DNA of 64,000 nt from an uncultured virus (IMG/VR IMGVR_UViG_3300005764_000015) (IMGVR_UViG_3300005764_000015:1-64000), one strand, 5' to 3'. Numbered from the stretch's first letter, positions 1 through 9,591 are shown. Numbers and translations are program-made. Notes: a model not told the origin generated them from the sequence alone.

Positions 1-1
1 G

Positions 2-1123
2 AACGGCTGGACGCTCGACGGATCGCATCATCCCGACCTGTGGTACACGGCCTTTTTCCTCTCTGACGGCGAGCGGTATTACGTCGATGAGATCGTGAAC
101 TTCGCGCTCTATCTGCGCGCGGCCGATACCGCCGGGACGCTCGGATATCAGCACCATAACTGGTGGGCAATAAGTCATTACAACGGCAGTTATCAAGCAC
201 GCGGCTATGCCTGGGGGCATCGCACGCTGGGCGGCGCCGTCACGCTGCTGGATCAGAGCGATCCGCGCTATCAGTTCCTGACGAAGCACTGGGAATACGA
301 CGCGAGAGTCGGCGAGGGCGCGTATGAGATCGTCAACGGCAAGTACCCGCCGGCCGACCCTGCCTGCACGGGCTTCAACGTCGCGACATCGAACGCGGTC
401 GCCGATATGTGGTGCTGGGGCAAGCTATACGTCGGCCGCTTCCAGAACGCTTCGCTGCCGCAGCCTGCTTTGTGGAGCAATGCCAACGCGGTACCGCTTC
501 CGGCTCCGCGAAGAGCGGCGAATAAGCCGGAGCTATACCCGTTCGATTGGACTAAGATCGTCGCACTTTACCCGCCCTGGATGTCGCACTACAAGCAAAT
601 CATTGCCACCTGGAACGGCCAGCGCGAACTTGGCTACGACGATGCAGTGCAGCAGCGTGAAGCGACCGGCGAGATGAGGATGCTGATGTCGCCGGGCCAC
701 AATCGCTGGCTGGCGGCCGAGGCGGAATGGCCATCGACGCTGGACGATGGGCATGGAGCGGGCGATGCAGCCAAGCCGGGGCGCTACATCATAACGACCG
801 ATGACTGGCGTAGCGCGTGGCTCAATGGTTTCGTCTCGAATGGCGCCGGTTCGTGCGACGACGCGCCACCGTTCGATTTTGATGCCGTGAATTTCTGGAG
901 ATGCAGCGGCTACTGGGCCTACAGCTCGTCCACGCACTCACTGGAGACGTACGCATACTCGTTCCGCGCCACGGCCGCGGGCTGGGTCGGCCTCCAGACG
1001 ATTGCGCTGGACGGCTCGACACCGATCACTGGCAGGCAGGTGTGGGACTGGGTGAACAGCGACGAGGCAAAGCTGCGCACGGCGCAGTGGGGCGACGATC
1101 CGCGCTATGCCATCGTGCCTTGA
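2..1123 (+). CDS. 5'-truncated Trp/Tyr-rich protein, possibly a YetA/exo-rhamnogalacturonan-lyase-like C-terminal toroid domain
   Basis: Frame is open from base 2 (NGWTLDGSHHPDLWYTAFFLSDGERYYVDE..., later QARGYAWGHRTL). Looks more GC-rich than downstream DNA. Confidence 0.45.
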   Translation, partial: NGWTLDGSHHPDLWYTAFFLSDGERYYVDEIVNFALYLRAADTAGTLGYQHHNWWAISHYNGSYQARGYAWGHRTLGGAVTLLDQSDPRYQFLTKHWEYDARVGEGAYEIVNGKYPPADPACTGFNVATSNAVADMWCWGKLYVGRFQNASLPQPALWSNANAVPLPAPRRAANKPELYPFDWTKIVALYPPWMSHYKQIIATWNGQRELGYDDAVQQREATGEMRMLMSPGHNRWLAAEAEWPSTLDDGHGAGDAAKPGRYIITTDDWRSAWLNGFVSNGAGSCDDAPPFDFDAVNFWRCSGYWAYSSSTHSLETYAYSFRATAAGWVGLQTIALDGSTPITGRQVWDWVNSDEAKLRTAQWGDDPRYAIVP

Positions 1124-1583
1124 GACTTACTTCGGCCCCATGCAGGCAGGCCACACCAGATAGTTTGTGTCAAGCATCGGGAGAAAATTTCCGAAAAAAA
1201 TCCCGATCTGTGGGTCCACCTGATCGGGTACACTCCACAGTACCGGGAAGCCCCCAACGATGGTGCCTGAGGGACCTTTGCGGGTGTTTTCGGGTCATAT
1301 TTTCAATGGTTTAGGGGAGGCAACGTGTTCAGGAATCTACCGGAGCAGGATAATCGGTTTTTCCCTGTAAAAACGCAGGAAACAGCCAAAAAAGCCGAAA
1401 ATAAGCCTACAGCAACGCAGGCGTCACAGCATTTGTTGATCACGGAGCCGCCAATTCGCTCGGTTCTGTATGCATCACCCTACATTCGGCTAGAAGGACC
1501 GCACCCAATGCCGAACTGGTGGTGGCGTTTCTGGTACTGGGCGCTACTTGGCTGGAAATGGAAAATAAATTAGCAGTTTGGAC

Positions 1584-1612
1584 TTGCGCACAGGTTCAAA
1601 CCTGTGTAGACT
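1584..1612 (+). promoter_or_regulatory. Sigma-70-type promoter with palindromic operator in the spacer, leaderless start
   Basis: TTGCGC-17 nt-TAGACT; palindrome CACAGGTT-CA-AACCTGTG at 1589-1606; ATG at 1619. Confidence 0.65.
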
Positions 1613-1618
1613 GGTGAT

Positions 1619-1972
1619 ATGAAGCAGTTACCTCTATTCTCACCACGGCCCTACTCCGGGACGCCGTTGAACACGCCAAAGGGCGTGTGTCAGCGTTGTG
1701 GTGGTCTGGGCCAGGTGGCGGAGATCATCGACGACGAAAAGGCAGAAGCCCTGGTTCCGTGTTACGCGTGCCACGAATTCTGCCGGGTCTGCAAGAAGGT
1801 GGTCAAGAAAAGCGGCCACGACTGTGTAGCGGCACCCAAGCCGGTGCAGGCGGAAACGACTGCGACCTGCACGTCGTGCGGCAAGATGGTCCGAATCGAC
1901 GGTGCCATGCGGACGCAGGACATGCAGTATTACCATCAGGGCTGCCCGGCGCCCGATCGGAAGGCAATTTGA
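1619..1972 (+). CDS. Cys-rich zinc-finger phage protein
   Basis: CQRCGGLG, CYAC, CRVC and CTSC motifs. Confidence 0.7.
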   Translation: MKQLPLFSPRPYSGTPLNTPKGVCQRCGGLGQVAEIIDDEKAEALVPCYACHEFCRVCKKVVKKSGHDCVAAPKPVQAETTATCTSCGKMVRIDGAMRTQDMQYYHQGCPAPDRKAI

Positions 1973-2136
1973 AAATCCAGTGCACAGCCCACACGCCGCG
2001 GAAGGACTTCAAGCACGTGATGTCGTGCATCCGGTGCGGTGCGTTGATCAAGCTGTGTACGTGTGTTCAGGACCGCGATGGAGATGTCGATCCCTATTGC
2101 CGCAAGTGCAGAGGGACAGGATGGATCAAAAGATGA
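1969..2136 (+). CDS. Small zinc-finger protein
   Basis: TTG start overlaps the upstream stop; CIRC, CTC and CRKCRGTG motifs. Confidence 0.6.
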   Translation: MKIQCTAHTPRKDFKHVMSCIRCGALIKLCTCVQDRDGDVDPYCRKCRGTGWIKR

Positions 2137-2621
2137 GCTCACGAGTCGAATTAACAGAAAAAGAAAAATTGGAGATCGAACAGCTGAAGGCGCTACCGCT
2201 GCCCAGAAAGCTGGAAGGCGAGTGCGCCGGCTGCCATCGCGGCATCCCGGTGGGTTACTTCGCGCTGGTCACGAAGTGGAAAACGCGGACCTGGACGGGC
2301 GGGACGAAGGTCATGGTGCCCGCCGAGCAGTGGTGCCAGGACTGCAGGCCGGTCGCAGCAGGCAAGAGTCCCAGCAAAAACGGCAGCAGCAGCAAGAGCC
2401 ACCCGGTGATCGAGAACAAGGTCAGCAACACGCCGTTGAACGAGCTGCTGGCAAAAAAGTTGAAGACGGTCATGTCCAAAGAAAAGGCACATTCGCCGCG
2501 GTGGATGATGAAGCGTCTGGGTATCAACCCGGAGCAGAAGCAGCAGGTGGTCGACACGCTGAAGAAGCTCTACAGCGATAAGCAGATCGAGTTCGAAGAC
2601 GGGCAGTGGAAATTGGTGTAA
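2133..2621 (+). CDS. Zn-ribbon plus probable C-terminal winged-helix protein
   Basis: ATGA overlap; CAGC...CQDC; C-terminal VVDTLKKLYSDKQIEFEDGQWKL. Confidence 0.6.
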   Translation: MSSRVELTEKEKLEIEQLKALPLPRKLEGECAGCHRGIPVGYFALVTKWKTRTWTGGTKVMVPAEQWCQDCRPVAAGKSPSKNGSSSKSHPVIENKVSNTPLNELLAKKLKTVMSKEKAHSPRWMMKRLGINPEQKQQVVDTLKKLYSDKQIEFEDGQWKLV

Positions 2622-2623
2622 CG

Positions 2624-2770
2624 ATGCTCAAGAAGATGATGAAGAAAATCGAGAAAGCCGGTTTCGAGATCACCGGCCGCAGCAGACGGGGATTTCAGGT
2701 TGCGGGGTACATCGACGTCCTGCAGTATTGCTGGCACGAACAGTCGTCTGAGCAAGTAAAAGTGTGTTAG
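2624..2770 (+). CDS. Small hypothetical protein (48 aa)
   Basis: MLKKMMKKIEKAGFEITGRSRRG... fills the gap directly after the previous stop. Confidence 0.45.
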   Translation: MLKKMMKKIEKAGFEITGRSRRGFQVAGYIDVLQYCWHEQSSEQVKVC

Positions 2771-2785
2771 CATGGAAAGTAGTGA

Positions 2786-2882
2786 CGTGGCATTTCCAGC
2801 CAGGGCGTCGAAAGACACTGCAAGGACCAGCGCGGTAGACTGTGGAAGCGAACCTGAAGCTGCCCTGGCTGGAAATGCCATG
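2786..2882 (+). ncRNA. Candidate structured RNA
   Basis: Perfect 19-bp inverted repeat 2788-2806/2862-2880 enclosing a GTC-GAAA-GAC tetraloop hairpin; TGtTAGCAT -10-like element just upstream. Confidence 0.45.
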
Positions 2883-2907
2883 AAGATTGGTTACACTGTA
2901 GTTTCTC

Positions 2908-3615
2908 GTGACACTCGACTTCAGAGGCGCAGAGCAACTGTGGCATGCACTGGCTGGAGTCCTGATTGCGCAGCATAACTCTGCTTATTTTTCCACCCCG
3001 CATGGAGAAGTAGCCAAATTGCTCCGGCGCTTTCGGTTGTATTCCGGTCTGGTTGCCGAGCCGACGATTCCGCTAGAATTTCACCTGCCAGATAGCAATG
3101 ACGATGTCAGCATCGTAGAATCCATCGCCGACGCTTCGGGTCTACCCTACACCACCACGATGCCGCGGTTGATCCTGCCTGAGGGACCGTACAGCGACGG
3201 AAATCACATTGTTATCGCATTGGGGGACATACATCCCGACTTCGAGCTTCCGGTGTCGGCGTTGCGGGCAATACTGCGGCTGGCCAAGACTTATACGGGC
3301 AAGGTATATATGATCGGGCTGGGCAAGCGCCCGGAAGTAGCATTGATGGAAAATGAAATCCTGTTTCAGCTGAGATGCCCCGAAAAGGAAAAACTGTTGT
3401 CCACAGCCAAGCTGGTGATCGGCACGCCCAATGACTGGACTTGGCTAGCATCTGCTTGGCAGAAGAAAATCGTGGTCCTGTATGCCGACAGCCAGCCGAT
3501 GAGGAAATGGTTTCCGTTCGCCGATGACAACTTCGGCAGAGTCCTGTTCAGCCATAATAACCTGGACATAGCCAACTTAGTAGCTCAGGTGCGGGTGTTG
3601 ATCAAGATGTTGTGA
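2908..3615 (+). CDS. Glycosyltransferase family 9-like (heptosyltransferase-fold) protein, divergent
   Basis: C-terminal LLSTAKLVIGTPNDWTWLASAWQKKIVVLY resembles the GT9 'A.l.ig.DsG..HlAaA...P.v.lf' pattern. Confidence 0.5.
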   Translation: MTLDFRGAEQLWHALAGVLIAQHNSAYFSTPHGEVAKLLRRFRLYSGLVAEPTIPLEFHLPDSNDDVSIVESIADASGLPYTTTMPRLILPEGPYSDGNHIVIALGDIHPDFELPVSALRAILRLAKTYTGKVYMIGLGKRPEVALMENEILFQLRCPEKEKLLSTAKLVIGTPNDWTWLASAWQKKIVVLYADSQPMRKWFPFADDNFGRVLFSHNNLDIANLVAQVRVLIKML

Positions 3616-3625
3616 GGAAAATAGA

Positions 3626-3952
3626 ATGACTGATGAGATGATGAAGCTGCTGAAGAAGATAGGAGAAGGCATCAGCCAAGAATTACTGCCGAAGATGAAG
3701 GCATCAGAGTTCATAATGCTTCTTGCCGATCCAGAGGGAGCAGAGGATGTATTCTTGCTGCTGCAAGCAGGTGCAGCGTTAATGCTTAACAAGCCGATCA
3801 TCGTCGTAGCATTGAATGGATACAGAGTTCCCTACAAGCTACGCATGATATCCGAAGCCGTGATCGAGACGAACGAGTTTGATGATGCAGCAAAGGAAAA
3901 GGTGCGGGCTGCATTAGCCAAGATCGTGGCCAGAAAGGCAGCAATGCAATAA
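3626..3952 (+). CDS. Hypothetical protein (small alpha/beta domain)
   Basis: GAGG RBS; 108 aa ORF with AALMLNKPIIVV. Confidence 0.65.
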   Translation: MTDEMMKLLKKIGEGISQELLPKMKASEFIMLLADPEGAEDVFLLLQAGAALMLNKPIIVVALNGYRVPYKLRMISEAVIETNEFDDAAKEKVRAALAKIVARKAAMQ

Positions 3953-4146
3953 TGCCCTGCGAAGACTGCAAGCGGATGAAGGAGCAGCTCGATTATGCCA
4001 TCGAGTTCCTGCGCACGGAGATGGAATGGGAGTATTGGCGTGCAGAGTGGCTTCACGACGATGTAGAGCAAACAAATTGCTCGATGGAGAACGCACGCAA
4101 GCTGCGCAATTTCCTGATAGAATGTGGATATAATCCGAGCCGCTAA
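3952..4146 (+). CDS. Small hypothetical protein
   Basis: TAATG overlap with the upstream gene; N-terminal CxxC. Confidence 0.55.
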   Translation: MPCEDCKRMKEQLDYAIEFLRTEMEWEYWRAEWLHDDVEQTNCSMENARKLRNFLIECGYNPSR

Positions 4147-4175
4147 ATAGTTACTCATTCACGGAGGTGACGTAA

Positions 4176-5525
4176 ATGAAATCGTTCTGCATCCTCTTTG
4201 CGATCCTGACTGCGCAGCTTTGCGGGCAGGCTCTGAGCACCTTTACCTGTATGCCAACATCGTTCGGTGCAGGATCAGCAACTGCATGCACTGCGGGGCT
4301 GACGGCACCAGCCGGGACCGCGGGCTTCAAGATAGCGATATCGGTGCAATTGGCACGCAGACGAGAGCACGGAGGCAGGACTGCCACAGGCATTACAGCC
4401 CCGGCATCTGTCACGGTCGGCTGGACGAGCTCGAAAGTGACATTCAATGTTACGACGACGACATCAACGCCTGCGCAGACAGCAACGATTACAGCAGCAG
4501 CCGGGACGGTGAGGCTAACGCAGCAAATAAACGTGGTTGCAGGCGCCACGATTGTTTATTCGATTACAGCACTTACTTGCAATCCGGCTATGTTGATTCC
4601 CGGCGAAAATACATCATGCACCGGCAGCCTGTCACCCGCAGCCCCACTTAGCGGATTCAGCGCATCGATCACGAGCAGTTCCGCGAATCTAACGGTGCCC
4701 GCATCGGTCAGCATTCCCGGCAACTCGTCCAGCTTCAAATTTCCGGTTACAGCTTCGGCGCTAGCCACCGGCATAGAAAAAGATACGATCACAGCCAAGG
4801 TTGCGGGTGCAACGAAGACAGTTGCAGTTACGATTGATCCAAGCGCGAAATTTCAATTCCGCGTAACGACCACGGAGATGCCGTCGCTCGTGGATTCCGC
4901 GACCGTGACGCCGGTCGTGAAACCCACGGGATGGACCGGCACGCTGACGGTGCGCGGCGGCGGCAGCGTGATCATGAATGCGACCGGCGCGGGCGCGGCA
5001 TTTCTGAACGGCGGCAACCAGGGCAGCGATGCCGCATATGTGAATTTCACGAGCGCATCGTTCGGCACCGTGTTCAACAATTCGTCGGAGATCTCGCTGT
5101 ATCTCAGATCCGGCTACACGTTCGCGGAACGGCAGGCGCTCGCAAGCCCGAACATGCGCAGCGCCTTCGAAATCTACGACGCCAACGGAAGCTGGTGGAG
5201 TTTCAACACGTACACGAGTACGGACGGCGCGCTGCGGTTCGGGTTCGGCGCGAAGGGCTACGCGGCGGTATACGCGATCCCGGCGGGCACGGAAGACGCA
5301 GTGTTCGGCAAAGGCGTGATCGTGAAAATTCGCATTACATGGGATGCCAGCACATTCAGCCTGTGGGTGAACGGCCAGATGGTGCAGACGAATTCGGTTA
5401 CGCAGCCGAAAAATCCTTCGTGGGGATCGACATCAGCTTTTACGATCGGCGCGCGCAGTGTTCGCTTATCAGGTGGCGGCTTTTACTCCAGCGATGACAC
5501 GGTTGCAGAGTTCATGATGAGATGA
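4176..5525 (+). CDS. Secreted protein with Ig-like repeats and a C-terminal LamG/ConA-like domain
   Basis: GGAGG RBS; signal peptide MKSFCILFAILTAQLCGQ; two Thr-rich beta repeats (C.P....G....CT..L..PA); FSLWVNGQ...FTIG at the C-terminus. Confidence 0.65.
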   Translation: MKSFCILFAILTAQLCGQALSTFTCMPTSFGAGSATACTAGLTAPAGTAGFKIAISVQLARRREHGGRTATGITAPASVTVGWTSSKVTFNVTTTTSTPAQTATITAAAGTVRLTQQINVVAGATIVYSITALTCNPAMLIPGENTSCTGSLSPAAPLSGFSASITSSSANLTVPASVSIPGNSSSFKFPVTASALATGIEKDTITAKVAGATKTVAVTIDPSAKFQFRVTTTEMPSLVDSATVTPVVKPTGWTGTLTVRGGGSVIMNATGAGAAFLNGGNQGSDAAYVNFTSASFGTVFNNSSEISLYLRSGYTFAERQALASPNMRSAFEIYDANGSWWSFNTYTSTDGALRFGFGAKGYAAVYAIPAGTEDAVFGKGVIVKIRITWDASTFSLWVNGQMVQTNSVTQPKNPSWGSTSAFTIGARSVRLSGGGFYSSDDTVAEFMMR

Positions 5526-5557
5526 TGAGATAAGGGCTTAGCCGTGCTCTATAAGCT

Positions 5558-5585
5558 TTGACATAGCCAAGGTTCATGTTAGTAT
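5558..5585 (+). promoter_or_regulatory. Sigma-70-type promoter for the HNH/portal region
   Basis: TTGACA-16 nt-TAGTAT with extended -10 TG. Confidence 0.5.
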
Positions 5586-5589
5586 CTGG

Positions 5590-6090
5590 GTGACGATGAG
5601 AAAGATTCCAGATACACTAGCGGCACAGCAGGCTCGGTTTTCGAAGTTTGTTGATAAGAGTTCGTCGCCTAAGGGCTGTTGGCTTTGGACCGGATCTAAG
5701 GATCATTCTGGCCATGGTCACATAAAAATGAAGATGGCAGATGGCCATTTTGAATTTCAGGCTCATCGCATTGCACATATCTGGTGGATAGGACCTATTC
5801 CAGACGGTTTGTATGTTTGCCATAAACGCATTGATGTGTGCGGCAATGCAGCTTGCGCAAACCCTGCACATCTTTATATTGGAAACAGCTTTGATAACTT
5901 CGCTGATGCAGTAGCTGACGGGCGCCGGCGCCATAACGCTGCACTAACCGAACAGCAGATTGGGCTAATAAAAGCAATGTATACTGCCAACATTGTGCAT
6001 GGAGCTATTTCTGCTATAGCACGAAGGCTAAACCTCAGCAGAGCTACCGTTAGTGCTGTCATAACAGGCAGGATACGGAACCGTATATGA
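5590..6090 (+). CDS. HNH homing endonuclease with C-terminal HTH
   Basis: KFVDKSSSPKGCWLWTG, AHRIAH, VCHK...CANPAHL...DN; HTH AIARRLNLSRATVSAV. Confidence 0.9.
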   Translation: MTMRKIPDTLAAQQARFSKFVDKSSSPKGCWLWTGSKDHSGHGHIKMKMADGHFEFQAHRIAHIWWIGPIPDGLYVCHKRIDVCGNAACANPAHLYIGNSFDNFADAVADGRRRHNAALTEQQIGLIKAMYTANIVHGAISAIARRLNLSRATVSAVITGRIRNRI

Positions 6091-9000
6091 TTGAAATTTT
6101 GCGGCGAATGCATAACAGCTTTCGTGCCCGGTTACTCAAGCACTACCGGACGAAGGAAGTCGTGCGGGTGTTTCAGATATCCCACGCACAGGAACTGAAG
6201 GATTTGCCATATCATCAGTGGCCCGCCGTGCAGGCGCGGCAGACGCAGGAGATAGCAGCAGTGAAGGCCGGGCGCCTGGATATCGTAGATAGAAAATCCT
6301 GGGCATGGCCGTTCATCCCAGCTACGATCAACCGTCTGGCAACGCCGCTGATGAAAGCGACGCCTTACGCACTGCGGCGTATGTCTCGCACGCCTGTGCC
6401 GCGCAGAGCCATCAACCTGATTAAAAACGCTTTGATCGGGCAGGCCTGGGATGTGCAGCCGATAGATGGCGTAGCAGTACTTGACTCAGATAAGGAGCGG
6501 GATGCCCGCATACGGATCGCCAAGAAAATATTCACCCATCCGAATAATGAAGATAGCTTTCAGACGTGGATGGAGCAGGGGCTGGAGGACTTACTCATCT
6601 TCGGCTCATTCTCAACGGAGCTGTCACTTACGCCTGACCCGGAACGCCCGATAAAAATGTGGGCAGTGAATACAGAGAGCATTCGCATATTTCCCAACTG
6701 GGCAGAATCGCTGTCGCAGGACTATCCTCACTACGCGCAGATGACCGGATTAAAAGGCGAGCGCGGAGCCGTTTTGTTCTACGATGACGAATTAATGTAC
6801 GTGCGTGACAACATAGCCACGGATACACCATTCGGCACGGGCAAGATGGAAGTCGGATTTCGCTCGATCACAGATTTTCTGGGCGTGCAGGACATGAGCG
6901 GCAGAGCAGGCACGGATCAAGTCCACAAAACGTGGTTGTGGTGGGAGCAGCCACAATGTTTTGACGATCAAACGGAAGTGTTGACAACGCGGGGATGGGT
7001 GCCATGGTCTGGTACTTTAGATACCGATTGCTTTGCTACTCGTAGTGCTGATGGAAAGTTCGAGTGGCAGCAATGCACAGCTTTGCATAAGAAGCACTAC
7101 AAGGGCAATTTGGTCCAGTTTCAGAATCGTAATCTTCGCATACAAGTGACGCCGAATCATCGAATGTTTGGGCGTTACAAGTATTCGGGCAGACAGGATG
7201 GGAAGCATATCTATTATTTCGGTGACGAGCAGTTTGCGCAAGCGTGCGATGTGATTAGTACGGTTGCCAATAAACCTGGAAAGGGCAGTAAAATATCCGT
7301 TGGCTCAGATATAGCACGGATGACTACACGAAAGCCAAAATGTCACATTGATAGGCCAGATCCGAATTGCAAGCGATGTAGAAATCGCCTGGTCATGCGA
7401 AGGTACTATGATCGCATATATCAGGGCATAGCGCCTGGCCAGTCTAGCAAGAAAACCCCTGCCGACTTTGTTATTCCAGCTAGATCTAAGTGGGTAGACG
7501 GCGTGCTGCCGGCAGAAAAATTTACAGTAGGCAAATGGGAGTTTGATTGGCAAGATTGGGCAGCATTCCTTGGAATATGGATGGCTGAGGGTTCTACTAG
7601 CGGCAACATGCATGCAGCACGCTTAAAGAAAAAGCAAGGGGTAAAAGAGCCTGGTTATATAGCTGCGATAGCAGCATCAGCAGATGGAAATGCTTTCGCT
7701 CATCAGAAGAAGCATTGCACTGATATCCATACGTTTAAGGTAATCGTGGCTCAGAGCAGTAAGGCCAATTCAGAGAAGTATCAGGCTATTAAGTCCTTGA
7801 TGGACAAGATGAACTTGCCTTACTACACGCACGGCAATGCCTTTACTTTTACTTGCCGAGACATTTGGGAACATCTCGCACAGTTTGGAAATAAATATAC
7901 CAAGTGGGTGCCAGACTACATTAAGGACGCGCCTTCTGATGTTATCAGCACGTTTGTGCATTGGGCTTGTATAGGTGATGGCTGGCTTAGGGGAAATAAG
8001 GGTGCCAGAGGATACTTCACGACCAGTCGAAAACTAGCTGACGATCTGCAAGAACTATTTCAGAAGATAGGTAGCAGTGCCAGTATTGGTCGATCGAATG
8101 CGCATGTTGACAAGCATGGACGCTGCATATCACCTGGCTATTCCGTGATAGAACAGACGACTGAAGAGATCAGCTTAATGCCTAGCGCTTATAGGCCTGG
8201 TCGAGGGATGTGCAAGCCGCAGCTAGTGCCATATGATGGGATGGTGTACTGTGCGACAGTGCCAAATAGCACTCTATACTGTCGCCGAAATGGCTATGCA
8301 TTTTGGAGTGGGAATTCCGAGGCAGCCTATCAAATCGTGCGCAGGCATATCCAGAACGAGCTAGAAGGGCAGGCAAAGATATCGATCGTCGGCGGGATGA
8401 AGAAGCCAGAAGTCATCGAGGTGCAGCCGACGGTCGAATCCGACTTACTGTTGGGCTGGCAGGAAGTGCTGATCCGGATGATCGGCAACGCATTCGACTT
8501 ATCGGCGATGGCACTTGGCGTGGAACACGACGTGAACAGAGCAGTGGGTGAAGTGCTAGACGACCGTGACCACAGATCGGCCGTGGTCCCGATGGGCAAG
8601 CGCCTGGCAGAAGCACTTACGACGCGCGTCCTACACAACAAATTGCATTGGTACGATATCGAGTTCGTCTACCTGAATTTGGACGACCCGGATATGGTCA
8701 CCAAGCTCGACATGCTGACGCGGATGTACAGCGCCAATGCCGAGACGCCAAACGGAATCAGAATCGGCATGGGCAAGCAGCCGCTGGATAGCCCATTCGC
8801 AGACCTTACGCAGTTTGAATGCATGTTGCTCAACGTGCAGGCGCAGGTGTACGCCCAGGAAGAAGCCGCCAAGACTCAGCAGGAAATGCAGCCGCCAGCG
8901 CCGCCTGCAGGACCGGGCGGTCCCAGTGGTCCCGGGCAGGGGCCGGGGACGACGCCTGCGGTCAATGGACCGCCCCAAAAATCGATCCCACCGGGGCAGG

Positions 9001-9548
9001 CGCCGGGGAAAAAGGGCCTACCACCGGGGCAACAGCCGCCGACTACAGCACCCGGCGGTCCTGGCGGGCAGAAACCATTAAAGATAAAGCCCAAAGTTGC
9101 CTCGCCAACCAAGCTCAGCCTTCCGAAATTCCCTATCTCCGGCACTGCATATACCGCCATGGAACTCGCGGAAATGCCGGTGGATCAGCTTCGCAACCTG
9201 TTCGACCAGGAGCAGATGCCGCCGGTCAAAAATGTCATGCACGACATGGAAAATCAGGAGCCGGGCATCCTCGAACAGCTGTCGGAAGAAACGAAGGAAT
9301 TCTTCGAAGAGCGCAAGCAAAAGGAACAGGCGCAGCATCGCGTCAAGCCGATAGATCCGAAAATCATCAAGCAGTGGGCCAAGGAACAGCAGGACCGCCT
9401 GAAGGAGCACAGCAAGCGTACCGCGTCCTATTCGGAATTCGTTGAGAAACGCGGTCAGCAAGCCATGAAGCCCGGCGGCCCGGGATCAAAGGGCATAATC
9501 CCCAAGGCAGGCAAGCCGGGGCAGATTAATCCGATAGTCAAGCAATAG
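6087..9548 (+). CDS. Phage portal protein containing an intein, with a Pro/Gly-rich C-terminal extension
   Basis: Portal-like motifs (IFTHPNNEDSFQTW, DELMYVRDN...PFGTGKME, TPNGIRIGMGKQPL); position upstream of the head genes. Confidence 0.85.
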   Translation: MIEILRRMHNSFRARLLKHYRTKEVVRVFQISHAQELKDLPYHQWPAVQARQTQEIAAVKAGRLDIVDRKSWAWPFIPATINRLATPLMKATPYALRRMSRTPVPRRAINLIKNALIGQAWDVQPIDGVAVLDSDKERDARIRIAKKIFTHPNNEDSFQTWMEQGLEDLLIFGSFSTELSLTPDPERPIKMWAVNTESIRIFPNWAESLSQDYPHYAQMTGLKGERGAVLFYDDELMYVRDNIATDTPFGTGKMEVGFRSITDFLGVQDMSGRAGTDQVHKTWLWWEQPQCFDDQTEVLTTRGWVPWSGTLDTDCFATRSADGKFEWQQCTALHKKHYKGNLVQFQNRNLRIQVTPNHRMFGRYKYSGRQDGKHIYYFGDEQFAQACDVISTVANKPGKGSKISVGSDIARMTTRKPKCHIDRPDPNCKRCRNRLVMRRYYDRIYQGIAPGQSSKKTPADFVIPARSKWVDGVLPAEKFTVGKWEFDWQDWAAFLGIWMAEGSTSGNMHAARLKKKQGVKEPGYIAAIAASADGNAFAHQKKHCTDIHTFKVIVAQSSKANSEKYQAIKSLMDKMNLPYYTHGNAFTFTCRDIWEHLAQFGNKYTKWVPDYIKDAPSDVISTFVHWACIGDGWLRGNKGARGYFTTSRKLADDLQELFQKIGSSASIGRSNAHVDKHGRCISPGYSVIEQTTEEISLMPSAYRPGRGMCKPQLVPYDGMVYCATVPNSTLYCRRNGYAFWSGNSEAAYQIVRRHIQNELEGQAKISIVGGMKKPEVIEVQPTVESDLLLGWQEVLIRMIGNAFDLSAMALGVEHDVNRAVGEVLDDRDHRSAVVPMGKRLAEALTTRVLHNKLHWYDIEFVYLNLDDPDMVTKLDMLTRMYSANAETPNGIRIGMGKQPLDSPFADLTQFECMLLNVQAQVYAQEEAAKTQQEMQPPAPPAGPGGPSGPGQGPGTTPAVNGPPQKSIPPGQAPGKKGLPPGQQPPTTAPGGPGGQKPLKIKPKVASPTKLSLPKFPISGTAYTAMELAEMPVDQLRNLFDQEQMPPVKNVMHDMENQEPGILEQLSEETKEFFEERKQKEQAQHRVKPIDPKIIKQWAKEQQDRLKEHSKRTASYSEFVEKRGQQAMKPGGPGSKGIIPKAGKPGQINPIVKQ
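6957..8315 (+). mobile_element. Intein with LAGLIDADG homing endonuclease (453 aa)
   Basis: Q|CFDDQTEVLTTRGW N-junction, block B VTPNHRM, LAGLIDADG-like FLGIWMAEGS and ACIGDG, C-terminal VYCATVPN...WSGN|S; lower GC. Confidence 0.92.
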
Positions 9549-9556
9549 CTTTAGCC

Positions 9557-9586
9557 TTGTCCACGAGTTCGAACCCGTGGTATAAC
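9557..9586 (+). promoter_or_regulatory. Sigma-70-type promoter with palindromic operator, leaderless start
   Basis: TTGTCC-18 nt-TATAAC with extended -10; palindrome CCACGAGTTC/GAACCCGTGG at 9561-9580; GTG at 9592. Confidence 0.7.
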
Positions 9587-9591
9587 AGGGC

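Noticed and set aside
9561..9580. GTTCGAAC resembles a tRNA T-loop
   Set aside because: No cloverleaf around it; better explained as an operator within a promoter.
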